A stretch of 61,305 nt of DNA, filler included, from Hausera hauseri (taxonomy: Eukaryota), in NCBI GenBank assembly GCA_046269625.1. It is 12 parts of 12 records of this genome, joined end to end, with 100 filler letters (N's around TTAATTAATTAA, not from the genome) between each part and the next. Parts side by side here need not be neighbours in the genome. Positions count along the whole stretch, not along the records: positions 50,089 to 56,097 come from JBJURY010153866.1; positions 56,198 to 61,305 come from JBJURY010333047.1; 10 more parts are not named here. One strand, written 5' to 3'. Position numbers and translations under genes: made by a program. The notes beneath the pieces were generated by a model that was given only the letters and a program-made list of their open reading frames with translations, searched no databases and was not told the DNA's origin. The first letter of the stretch is position 1. Every line of letters starts with the position of its first letter. Positions 50,512-61,305 of the stretch are shown here, one piece after another.

Positions 50512-51873
50512 ATGTCAAAAATTGTTGTTATTGGTGGCGGAATTTCTGGACTTTCTGCTTCATTATTTGCAAAGCAGCGATATATTGATAGTAATGTGAT
50601 ATTATTAGAATCATCAAATAGATATGGTGGTTGGATTAATTCGAAGCGCTATGCTGATGGTTCTGTTCACGAGCTTGACCCACGAACAGTGCGAGTTGCA
50701 GCAGAAAGTTTTCCATTTTTGCACAAAATCATAAATGAATCAAATGCAATCAACAATATCGTGCCAGTCAACAAATATAATTCTGTCAAACGATATGTTT
50801 ACGTGAACAAACAGTTGCATTTATTGGATTTTAGTATTTGGAAACCTGCTCAAAAGCCATTCACTGAACCGTTTATATTACAAATGTTCAGAGCATTTTT
50901 TCGTAATTTTGAACATGACAAAAACCTAAAGGACTTTCCATTGGATTATTTTGTACGTTCGAGATTTGGTCAAGAAATTGCTGCTTTTGTTTTGAATCCG
51001 ATAATTTGGGGAATTTATGCCTGTGATCCGAAAGATTTAGGTATCAATGCGACATTTCCATCGTTGTTGAAATGGGAAAAACAAAGTTCGAACGTTGTGC
51101 GTGGTGCCATGAAACAAATGCTGATTAAACGGTTCCAAAAGATTTTTCAAAAAAATGAACGAATCAATGATTTTCATTTGGAATTTGGAAATTTGAAAGA
51201 CGCTGCTTCGATATCATTTACCGGTGGAATGGAGAAGTTGATTGATAGCATGAAATGTAAATTAGCCGATAGCGGTGTTGAAATGCATTTAAATAAATGC
51301 GTTGTTAAGATAAAACAAATGCCTAATAATAAGTTGATCGTACAATTACCGGATGACGTAATAGAGTGTAATGCAGTTGTCGTTGCAACTCCATCGTATG
51401 TCTCTGCTAACCAACTCAGTGGTATTGTACCGGAAGTAGGTCTACTATCCACTATTCCATAGATAAATGTGTCTGTCGTTGTATTAGAATACGACGGTAA
51501 TCAGGTTGGTCGATCGGGATTCGGTCATCTCTTACCGATATCAGAAATTCCACATGTTCTCGGTGTTGTCTACGATTCGTCTATTTTGCCCTAAATCGAT
51601 CATGTTTGGCTTCCGACAACACATTTTTCAGTTATGCTCGGCGGTTCATGGTTCGACAAAATAGACGGACTAAATTCGACAGATCTGCGGCAAATTGCAC
51701 TGGATGTGATTCGCACACAACTCGGCATCACCGACAGTGTTCTTCGTCGGTCTACTGTTGCTGTTCATCGCCGATGTATTCCCGTTTATGGATTAAAACA
51801 CCGGCAATTGGTCACCGCAGTCAGTCGAGCGTTTGTTAACAGTCGCCTATCAATCCGACTTTGTGGCAATTCA
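50512..51873 (+). pseudogene. PPOX: Protoporphyrinogen oxidase, intronless, with in-frame stops at 51460-51462 and 51592-51594
   Basis: IVVIGGGISGLSA, LESSNRYGGWI, ELDPRTVR, GIYACD, GFGHL, LGVVYDS, VMLGG.WF, CIPVY, LCGNS. Confidence 0.92.
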
Positions 51874-51978
51874 TTAATGAAAATAGGACATATTTGTACT
51901 GTTATTTCAGAGCAACTTAAGGTTAGTGGACCTTTTAATATGCAACTATTGGCCAAGGACAACAGATTACAAGTTATT
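51874..51978 (+). other. CAD: 35-codon carbamoyl-phosphate synthetase (CAD-like) fragment inside the mosaic ORF
   Basis: ISEQLKVSGPFNMQLLAKDNRLQVI matches the CPSase motif L.V.GPFN.Q.IAKDN.LKVI, cut just before ECN. Confidence 0.8.
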
Positions 51979-54039
51979 TATAACTATTTTTTTATAAATA
52001 GTTATGGCAATACTATACATGGCAATAACTATTTGCCATGTCCAATGGGTTTTCAGAGTGAAATTATTGTTAACAAGGCCTTAGAAAGCAACGTTATTTA
52101 TAAATGCTGTAAATATGATCAAAGCCAGCCATTCCATTTGAAACATTTTCTCAGCAATTCAACTGATAGAAAAACTGTCTATTTCTTTGCGTATTTGGCA
52201 AAAGTCAATTCATTGTGTGAAACACTGGATTCATTTTACTGTGATACAGTAGAATATGTTCATATGTCAGTACTATCAGATATGATATTTCCTCAGAGCA
52301 TTATGTTATGTTTTTATCGCCTTCGAAATGGAACGGAAACTAATAGTGATTTTTCTCAGTTAGGTTTTCTTTCAACGGAGATGTGCCCTCCAGAATTTAT
52401 AATATTTTCCACGGAAGCACGTTCCTTGAATCGACATTTTAGAACTTTGAAACTGTGTCTCCCGCGCTCAAATAATTTTATTTATGACAAGGGTGAGTAT
52501 TGCTTGGTGACAAAATCTCCGAATATCAAATGCCCAAAGGGACTTTTATCTTTTCGAAGGCAACTTGCTATTTCTTCCGAAACTCTATTCAACTTTTGTT
52601 GCTTTGAGCTGCAATACAGTATTTTGTGGAAATTTTCAGTTTCAGAATCTACATCTATTTTATTTCCAAAAATGTCGCAAAAGTGTCCATTTATTGTTGG
52701 CAATATACCAATGACAAGTGTTTCGTTTGAAGTTTTGATGAAACCGACGAAATTGTTTCATTTAGCCCACACAGCGAAGATAGATGTTTGTAGCTATGAA
52801 GTACTACGAGATGAATTTGCCTATATGAAAATTGGCGACAGTTGCCCAACCGATACAATTACGAGTTGGATTACTTTTAAATCTCGCTTCGAGCAAAGTC
52901 ACAAACACTTCAAAAGCTTATCTAGAATCGAATATTGCGTCGGAAATTCTATGTTAAAAGTCGGTTCGTTTCCCAGTGGAACTTATTGTCTCTATAAAAT
53001 TGGAGCATTTTGTCCACCGGAATTCCATGAAGCATTTACACCCGGATCAAAGAATATAGTTGACAAATCTGAAAGAGTTCCAGACTATCAAAATTCAACT
53101 CTATGCTGTCGATCAGTTGCGGACAATAACCGAATGTTTCTTATAAATCAGTTTCCTTTTTTGCGAGATTCTCGCAAAATATCATTCGGATTACGACTAA
53201 AAGGAGTAAATTTGTGTCCAAAAATTAATCATTTTCAAACTGCCACAGTTGTCGATGATGATATAATTTATTGTACTTATCAGTATGGGTCAGGATCATT
53301 TGATTATCGGAAAACAATTTTTTTCTCTTATGATCATTCATTTACAACAAATTACACACCAGCTGCAATCCAACCATATTGGAAACAATTAAAAAATCTC
53401 AAGTACCGTTCATCGATTTTGCAAAGTTTCCCACTAACATCCTTTTGTATTTTGGCTATGAAAACATGCAAATTTATAAAAAACTACAATTTTGAGATAC
53501 CGTACGTCATTAAGAATTTCCTTATTTGTTGTAGTTTACAACAAAATCCGGTAAATAACTCCGGATTATCATTTAGGAATACTATGAAAATGGCTTCCCC
53601 ATTAATTGGTCTGATAGCTGTCAAAAGGCAGTGTCCATTATTTATGGACAACACCTACAATTTGGAAGAAATAATCGTTGATGAATTCGAAATTCCAGAA
53701 GTGCATTTGTACTCTTTTTATGGTTTCCAAATAACGAAATTAGGCTTGAATTTAGAATTTTTATACACGAATAATACAGCAAGATTAAGTGTACAATTTT
53801 GCATTTATAAAATGGCAGAATCTACGAATGCAAAAGGTGACAGATACGAATTTGGATTTCTGAAACCCCTGAGAAATATTTGTCCCGATGAATACAAAAT
53901 GGTTGTGTTAAAAACTCATTTTGTTACGCATGAAAGTTTTCAAAACATTCTACCACATTTTCTTTTGTGTGATCAGGAAAAGGTTGGATGCTTTGTACAT
54001 TTATGCGTACTGAGAAAAACATTAAATGCTCCTGCTCAT
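51979..54039 (+). CDS. Apextrin C-terminal (ApeC)-like Cys-rich repeats inside the mosaic ORF
   Basis: KGEYCLV..KCPKG..FCC; FPSGTYCLYKIGAFCPPEF..LCCRS; FPLTSFCIL..ICC. Confidence 0.55.
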
Positions 54040-55602
54040 TTTGAAATAGCTAAAATGAAAGCTTCTGAGTCATCTTATTGTGACTTCTCTAGCAGTCAGA
54101 TAGAAGAACAATTTAGAACGAAAGTCAATGAAATTATGAGAATCTGTGGATATTGTTGTGCTGGCAAATACTATTATGAACCAATAATATTACTTTGTAA
54201 TACAAAACGCGTGTGTACGATAAAACCTGGAATGACGTATTACAAAGCAATAACGACAGAACAAGAATTCGTTGTTTGTGAAAATTGCTTCCAAAAATGC
54301 TACATGAATATCGAAATGGCTGATTCAAAATTTGTGGATAAAAATTTATTTAATGTGATGAAAAACGATTGTCGGATTAATGAAACATTTGTCAATTGCA
54401 AGAAGTGCAATAAAAAATGGCACAAAGTTTGTGCACTGGCATGGGAAGAACAATTTGTTTGTAATTATTGTAAGGGCAATACAGAAAAAATATCTTACGA
54501 TCGACTCCATTCATCGGAAATGATTCCCGTATCGCAAATGAGTAAATATATTGAATACCGAGTAAATGAATATTTAAAATCGAATGCACCGGCAGCAAAA
54601 CGGGTTATCATTCGTGATTTTACCAATACGAGTTGTTCTGTCGAATTCAAACCAAAAATGTCAGCCAAATTCCAAAAAGCAAACATCGAACCGTACAAAT
54701 ACACATCGAGGGCAATCTACGCATTTCAAGAAGTCGATGGCGTTGACGTTATGTTTTTCGGGTTACATACACAAGAATATCCGCCAGAAGCTGTCGGACC
54801 AAATCAATCTTGTACCTACATAACATACATCGATTCCGTTTCATTTTTCCAACCGAAAGCATTCCGAACCCCTGTTTATCGGATGATTCTATTGGCATAT
54901 TTCGATTTCATTCGCCACAATTCCATTAAATACATTCATTTGTGGATGTGTCCAGCCGAACCGGGCAACGATTACATTTTTTTCCGTCATCCTATCGAAC
55001 AAAAGATGCCAAAAAAAGACCGTTTAAAAGACTGGTACGATGATTTGTTTCGTGAGGCAATGGACAAATCTATTGTGGAGAATGTGAAAAGTATTAGTGA
55101 GCATTACCAATCGTCGGCTGACGTACTGAAAGTAACGGATATGGCATATTTCAACGGGGATTATTGGCCAGACGGTTTGGAAACGTTGTTAAATGGCATT
55201 GAAAAGGATATTGAATATACCAATGAAAATCATAATCGGAATGAGGGTTTTCAAACATCGGTAAAAAATCGGAAACGAAAGTTGAAATCGAAAACCGTTG
55301 GCAACGGTAAACGACGAAAAGTCAACGTCAACAATTTGGAAAAAGAAATCCAACAACGTTTGTTGGAATTGATCGAATTGTGGAAAGATGATTTTCTAAT
55401 TGTCACTCTGCAGTCGGCTGATTCGAATGACAATTGTGGACAATTCGATGGGAAATTCGATTATCGGAATTTGAATTCGTGGAGTTGTGAAATGATGGAA
55501 ACACGGGACTCGTTGTTGCCGTTCTGTAAGGATAATAATTACGAATTTTCCACGCTGCGCCGTGCCAAGTATAGTACGATGAAATTATTGACGAAATTCC
55601 AC
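54040..55602 (+). CDS. CREBBP/EP300: p300/CBP bromodomain tail-RING-PHD-HAT (KAT11) segment inside the mosaic ORF
   Basis: GYCC, ETFVNCKKCNKKWHKVC, AFQEVDGVDVMFFG.HTQEY, YITYIDSV, HLWMCP..GNDYIF, RLKDWY, YFNGDYWP, EFSTLRRAKYST. Confidence 0.95.
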
Positions 55603-55758
55603 GTCATTCCAAAACATATTCTAATGAACGCTTTCAAAAATCAGTGGCTCATTTTACTTCGAACTCCAGATGTTAAGTATCGCGGACCTCCTGCCAATTT
55701 AGATTCTTTATTATTTTGGAAATTCAGTAAACGTTGTAATCGTCTTTTTCTTATCAAA

Positions 55759-56025
55759 GGTGCCGGAGGACGAATTTCTTTCAATGTCTTCACTGACAAC
55801 GTTAGTTGGCGATATCTTTATTCAACTGTTGTTAGTTTATTCTGCGTCGTTGTTTGTTTGATCGGTGCTTCAATGTATGCCAAAACAAATTTTATTATTT
55901 TTGTGATTGTTATAGTTCGCTATCTATCCGCTATTGCGACATTTCTTTTTCGTCATGCCGTTCTCGTTTCCATACCCCATATAAATCATGTTGTTTATCC
56001 AGAGGATAATTCCAATATCACAGGC
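55759..56025 (+). other. SLC12A9: SLC12A9-like transmembrane fragment inside the mosaic ORF
   Basis: WRYLYSTVVSLFCVVVCLIGASMYAKTNFIIFVIV. Confidence 0.65.
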
Positions 56026-56197
56026 GATCTTATGATTCCATCAAAATCAATCCCCATAGGTACATTGAGTGCAAACAACACTGTCCTTTCTTGTAGANNN
56101 NNNNNNNNNNNNNNNNNNNNNNNNNNNNNNNNNNNNNNNNNTTAATTAATTAANNNNNNNNNNNNNNNNNNNNNNNNNNNNNNNNNNNNNNNNNNNN

Positions 56198-59100
56198 AAG
56201 ATGTTGGTGGAGAAGTGGTTTCGATGGGAGACGTATCGTCAATGAAGAAAGCCGGTTTAGCGTTGTTGATGTGGGCTGTTACTTCTTTGTCGTCCTTGAA
56301 AATGATGATGTTGTGAGAGTGTAAACGAATTACTTTGTAAGGGCCAACATACTGAGGTTGGGAACCACACGGCGTCTGATTCTTTAGCCATACGAATTTG
56401 GCAGTATATAAATCGTCGGGTATGTAAGGTTTATTTCCGTGTAATAATCTACAAAATGAGTCTTTGCTGATCTCAACGAAGTGTCTCTGTGCCACTTGTA
56501 CGATTTCGTCTGTAGGAATTTTGTTCAGGTCAGCCAGCTCGAATAATGATCTGATAGAAGTGCCAAATAATACTTCTGCAGGTGAATAGCCTGTAGAAGT
56601 AGCTGGTGTGTTCTGCCAGCCAAGCAGAACGTACGGAATGAGTGTAGTCCAACTGCGATTGGACTCAGCAAAGATTTTGAGAGACGTTTTCATTGTTCAG
56701 TGAAAGCGTTCAAGAAGGCCATTCGATTGGGGATAATATGGTGACGTGTGAATGTGGTTAATTCCCAATCGATTGAAAAGATATTAAAACAGGTCGGATT
56801 CGAACTGTGGACCTTGGTCCGAAATAATGTGGCGAGGTGATCCAAACCTTCTGATCCAATTGCGGATGAAAACGTCTGCGATTGTTTCTGTTTTGGTGCT
56901 CCGAAGCGGGACAACTTCTGACCATCGCGAGGAACAGTCCATCATTGTAAGGATGAACTGATAACCGTTGTCTAAGGGTAGTGGGCCTAAAAGTTCAATG
57001 TGAACAAATTCAAAACGAGACGTGCAGGGAAAATGATATAGTGGCGGCTTTACGTGCTTAGTAACTTTGTGTTTTTGGCATACCACACACTGCCTAACCC
57101 ATGCCTGCACGTCAGAGCGCATCGATGGCCATACTACTTGGCGTTGTAAAAGGCGAAAAGTGGCCTTGGCACCAGTATGGTGTAGCGAATGGATGTTGTT
57201 GAATGCTTCTTTTTGAAGAGATTCAAAAATGACGGTCTTAGGATTATTAGGTTTGGAAGTGTCAAAGGCCACACCGTCGATGGTTTTGCACGATTTAAAG
57301 ACTTAAGAATGTCAGGAGGTAACTGGTTTTGTTGAAGTTTGGACTGACAAAAAATTGGTGTAAAATCAAGAGTTGACCGATCGGACAAAAAGTTTGCTAT
57401 TAAATAGTCGACTGCGCTTAGGTGCTTAATTTCAAAATTAAATGTTGACAAATACGATATTTTCCTCTCCTGACGTGAAGAAGGCGATTTCATGGTGAGA
57501 ATTTGAAGCAAGGGCTTGTGGTCCGTTTGTATTGTAAAAGTTCGTGCAGTTAGCAGATGTTTAAAGTGTTTTACGGCAAGGACCACTGCAAGCAACTCTC
57601 TGTCAAAGGTGGAATATCTTTGCTCCTGTGCGGTGAATTTTTGAGAGAAGAATTCTAATGGCTCATGGAATCTATTTTTAGCTTGATGAAGGACAGCACT
57701 TGCAGCTGTTGTGGATGCGTCCGTGGTTAAAAAGAGTTCTGCATGGGAATCTGGATAGGCCAGGATTTCTACAGTTTTTAAATTGACTTTGAGGTGATAG
57801 AAAGCGTTGACTAGTTTGGCGGTTTATTGAATAGGCTGTTTTTTCTTGCCAGAGCTTAGTGAAGAAAATGGAGCAGTTAGAGTGGAACAGTGTGGAACAT
57901 ACTTATGAATTAAATGCAGGGTTCCAAGAAAATAACGCATCTCTGTTGATGTACGTGGTAGCTGAGTATTTTTGAGCTGCGTAATGCGCTCTGGCTTAGG
58001 TGAATGTCCGGAGGAGCTAATAACATGTCCTAGGAAGTTGACCTTGTGTTGAGAAAAGGAGCATTTGGCGAAATTAATTTGCAAATTGTTTTTGTGCAAG
58101 CGCTGGAAGATTAAACGTAAGTGTTCAGAGTGTTGTTTTGAGGAGGATGATGCAATTAAGATATCATCAATGTAGGGATAAGCGAAGTCTAAACCTGATA
58201 GGACTGTATCGATATGCCTTTTTAAGGTGTGGGAAGCGCTGCGGAGTCCAAAAGGCATGAAGAGCTATTCGAAAAAACGAAAGGTGTAATGATAGCCGTT
58301 TTTAGAATGTCTGCTGGGGCCACCGGAATTTAGTGGTATGCTTTGTGCAAATCAATGCAGGAGAAGATGGTCGATCTTTCTACTTCGAGAAATTCAGCCT
58401 CCACTGCCTGTCTGCGACGAGGCGATATCGGACGGACCTTTTTATGTACTGGTCTTTGATGTGCTGTTACAATGTGATGGAAGGTGGATTGAAGTGGTGC
58501 GAATAATTTGTCCTTTTGCAACAGACGCGTGCAGGAAGACAAAATGTATTGCTGTAGATCAGAAGGCAACGATGAAAAGTTTTCAGATGGTGTAGATGCA
58601 TCGTGACTGGATGCAGTTGCGGTATGAGTTGTAGACAAGGTGTTGTGACTAGGTGGTATTTGGTGCAGGATATTTGTGTTGAAGATGGTGTTAGCAGCTG
58701 TAGTATCAATAATAGGTGCTACGCAGTTGGCAAAATTATATTTGTCACCGTAGTAAAAATTTCTGTACAATGAGTGATTATAAAAATAATTCAAATCGGA
58801 AGTCGTTTTTTTCAGTATTGTCTTGCTGGAAGCTATCGCCCGGGTGGTCACCGAAATGCTGCTATTTTGATTAAGATTATTTGCGCATTTTAAGGAAAAT
58901 CGTTTGCAATCTACAAGTAAATTGTAGTGGGACAGAAAGTCTGAACTTAGTATAGGTGTGTGTACATTGACTACTGTAAATTTCCATGTGAATGTGTTCG
59001 GGAAGTGTGGAAGAGTGAATGTTAGTTTGGTAACTCCAAAAATTTGTAAAGGTTCACCGGATGCAGTGAACAGTTGCTATTTGAGGTGAAATTGTTTTGC

Positions 59101-60445
59101 ATGTGTTGTGTTGGTGGCAGTAAAGAGATTGCTGCGCCGGTGTCTATAAGAAGGTTAATGTTTTGCTTTGTTGGAGTGACGACTGCTGCTTCCAACGTGA
59201 ATACAGCAAAAGAAATGTGTTGGCTATCTTTTTGCAGGTTGTTGCCTTTGCTAGGACTTGCCGTGTGTCCTAGAGGCGAAATCAGTTTTTTGTAGCTGTT
59301 AAGTTTGACCCACTGTTTTGTGTGAGCTTAGTGGTGTTGGTCTTATTGTGTGTGTTGTAGATACAGCCTGGTAGGCATTTTCGCGATTTTGTGCCAAATT
59401 TCAAGTGATGGATGCAAACGATGTTGCTTGTATTAAAATCAGGGGAGTAAAATTTACAACCGATGCAGCATTTCTGAGCATTACTACCAAATTTGTTATG
59501 GTAATAGCAAATAGACAACCGCGCGAGCGAAGGCGACCGTCTTTGACGTTGACTAAATACATTAGGAAAAACAGCCCTAAAAATACCTCGTCGAGGCAGC
59601 GTTAATTCGTTTAGTTTGTCGTTAATGTTGTTAATGTTTTTTGCAATATTTTATTTTCTGTGCGTAATTGTGCAATTTGTTCCTGCTGCATTGCATTTTG
59701 TTGTTGTTGGTCTGTTGTTACTGCCGCAGAGATAGTTGGTGCTGTGTGAGTGCAGTACTTCATATGCTTTGTCCGCCAGTTCGGTTAGCTTATTCAGAGC
59801 CGTGGAGTCTTCGACCACGGTAAGCAAAGCTCTTATTTGAAAGGGCAATGCATTTAAAAAGTAGCGACGAATAAGTTCTGGACTATGCTGAGATGTTTTG
59901 CCAAGGGTGTTGAGATGAGACAAAGATGTGCGCAGGAATTTAGAAGGCTTCTGTAGGCCCATGGCGTTGTCGTTGAAGAAACTTTGAATGATTGAATCGA
60001 TTGACGGCTCAGTAAGCTTGAGAACGGCATTATAAAGTTGAGCATATGGGTCGGTGTGATAAAGGATATCGATGATATTGGTAATTTTAGTTTTGATGAA
60101 AGCTGGTAAATGGGAAAAGAGGCTGTTGGCTTTGGATAAAGAGTTGACGACGTTTCGTGATTGGAGCCAGAATTGATGCAGTTTTAACCAAGTTTAAGTA
60201 GAGTTTTGGTTATCGAGGAAATATTCTGTGCAGGGTGAATGAGTGAGGAGCATGTGTTGTGTCGAAGTGTTTGGAGCACTTCGTTTGGGTAAGTGAATGA
60301 TGGGGATCTGTGGTTTGGTGAGTTTGTACGTAGTACCGATTGTGTGTGATGAATCCATGCCACCACGGATACGGAAGTGAATGTGAATGCAGACACAAGT
60401 TGTAGAAGGTGTGGGGGGGTCCAGCGAAAGGCACTATAGATCCAT
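56198..60445 (-). mobile_element. Ty3/Gypsy CsRn1-like element with gag-PR-RT-RH-IN, degenerate (copy L)
   Basis: gag with two CHCC motifs; LIDTGA; IDLHKAYH, MPFGL, YIDD; TTDAS, DRELLA, TDHKPL; H..HHTG..C..CQ, ISDQGPQFES; GPY; many frameshifts. Confidence 0.95.
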
Positions 60446-60493
60446 TGTGTGTTAGATAGAAGTCACAAGAGTGAGGAGAGGTGGAGATAATTT

Positions 60494-60709
60494 TATGGAT
60501 AGCAACTGTGTTTACATGTATTACTGTATGTGTGCTAATGTGTCTGTTGCTTAGAAAAAAAGAAGGAGATAAGGAGAGGTGATATGTCCGGGGGCGTGTT
60601 GTGGGGCGGCAACTAACGGCGCCGTCTGACCCAGTGGTGCAGGGTGGGCGGCCGGGACCTCAGCCTCGCCGCGGTGGGTCCCAAATTTTGGGTCACCGAT
60701 TTCTCCGCT
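60494..60709 (-). repeat. Putative short LTR of copy L (~216 bp)
   Basis: Begins AGCGGAGA, ends ATCCATA (read as a decayed TGCGGA..TCCGCA); homologous to the copy H block. Confidence 0.5.
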
Positions 60710-60764
60710 TGCGGTATGATGAAATGCACCGGTGACGGAGTAACAAGTGGAGATGGATCGCATT

Positions 60765-61305
60765 CTACATGCAGCATTTTTTGAATTTACAACAACGACG
60801 GCTAGGCCATTTACAGGTACTAATGCCTTTGGGCATGATGCAGCAGCTCCAAGAGCGGTCACATACCGAATAAATAGAATGACCTCTTGGCCGGGTTTGA
60901 GCACAACGGAAATTTGAGTCAGCAGTTGAAATTGTAGAAACGTTTGGTTTTAGCGAGAAACTACAATCGTTATAGACACGACATGAATCACATTTCCAGC
61001 TACATTTAGAAATTGCAGTCGCTGGAGGTTGTAAATAATATGTGTTAAAACCTTTGTTGCATATATCACGTAACAACATTTTTTTCTCATCTTTACTTTC
61101 GCTGCATACAAGGCAAGTTTTGCATTCGGCACATTGGCAACCTGCAGGCACAGTAGAATGGAGTATTACTGGTGGTTCGCAACCGTTACTGTGGTAGTGT
61201 TGACCATAACTTGTACAATAAATAAGATTATTAATATCTCCTTTTTGCTCACGTAAAGTGCTCATAAAGAGTATTGAACATTTGGCAGCAATCAATACCG
61301 GTGCA
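60765..61305 (-). pseudogene. KMT2C: KMT2C/D (MLL3/4)-like PHD finger cluster, decayed
   Basis: CTSYGQHYH..AGCQCAECKTCLVC..EKKMLLRDICNKGFNTYYLQP..WKCDSCRV; several zinc ligands substituted. Confidence 0.8.

Noticed and set aside
51634-56145. 1503-aa ORF as a conventional single gene
   Set aside because: Made of truncated domains of unrelated proteins, starts inside a PPOX pseudogene and ends in the linker; reported as a mosaic instead.
5987-56197. Regularly recurring TTAATTAATTAA palindrome as a biological repeat or CRISPR-like array
   Set aside because: Always centred in a 100-nt N block, so it is an artificial linker; adjacency across spacers has no meaning.
60690-60700. CGGTGACCC as the tRNA-Trp PBS of copy L
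   Set aside because: Lacks TGG, is not conserved in the homologous copy H (CGGCTATCCC), and lies inside the putative LTR.
1-61305. Prokaryotic operons, defence systems, rRNA or tRNA genes
   Set aside because: None seen; content is eukaryotic (spliceosomal introns, metazoan gene families).

Overview
This is not one locus. It is 12 short (4-7 kb) eukaryotic contigs, most likely invertebrate, joined by 100-nt N spacers containing the six-frame stop linker TTAATTAATTAA. Contigs: A 1-5986, B 6087-11087, C 11188-15685, D 15786-19784, E 19885-24876, F 24977-31839, G 31940-36117, H 36218-41410, I 41511-45463, J 45564-49988, K 50089-56097, L 56198-61305. All family calls come from recognising motifs by eye; no searches were run. 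Contents: (1) an apparently intact spliced Kolobok transposon (DDE transposase plus a convergent KolX/P2X7-ballast-like gene); (2) three different decayed Polinton/Maverick remnants, one with a core-MCP-protease module and one with an AGTAGT terminus; (3) four copies of a CsRn1-like Ty3/Gypsy family with short GC-rich putative LTRs and no visible tRNA primer-binding site; (4) Tc1/mariner, pogo and LINE debris; (5) broken, mostly intronless copies of core genes (IPO5, PDXDC1, FHIP1, AIFM1, PPOX, TRRAP, KMT2C/D, a nuclear receptor). The most unusual feature is a 4.5-kb stop-free ORF in contig K. It joins same-strand, in-frame pieces of five unrelated genes: PPOX, CAD/CPSase, apextrin repeats, a p300/CBP HAT module with catalytic residues intact, and SLC12A9. 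A second in-frame mosaic (AIFM1-FHIP1) lies in contig H. This is either a gene-fragment shuffling process or an amplification/assembly artefact, and long reads would decide.
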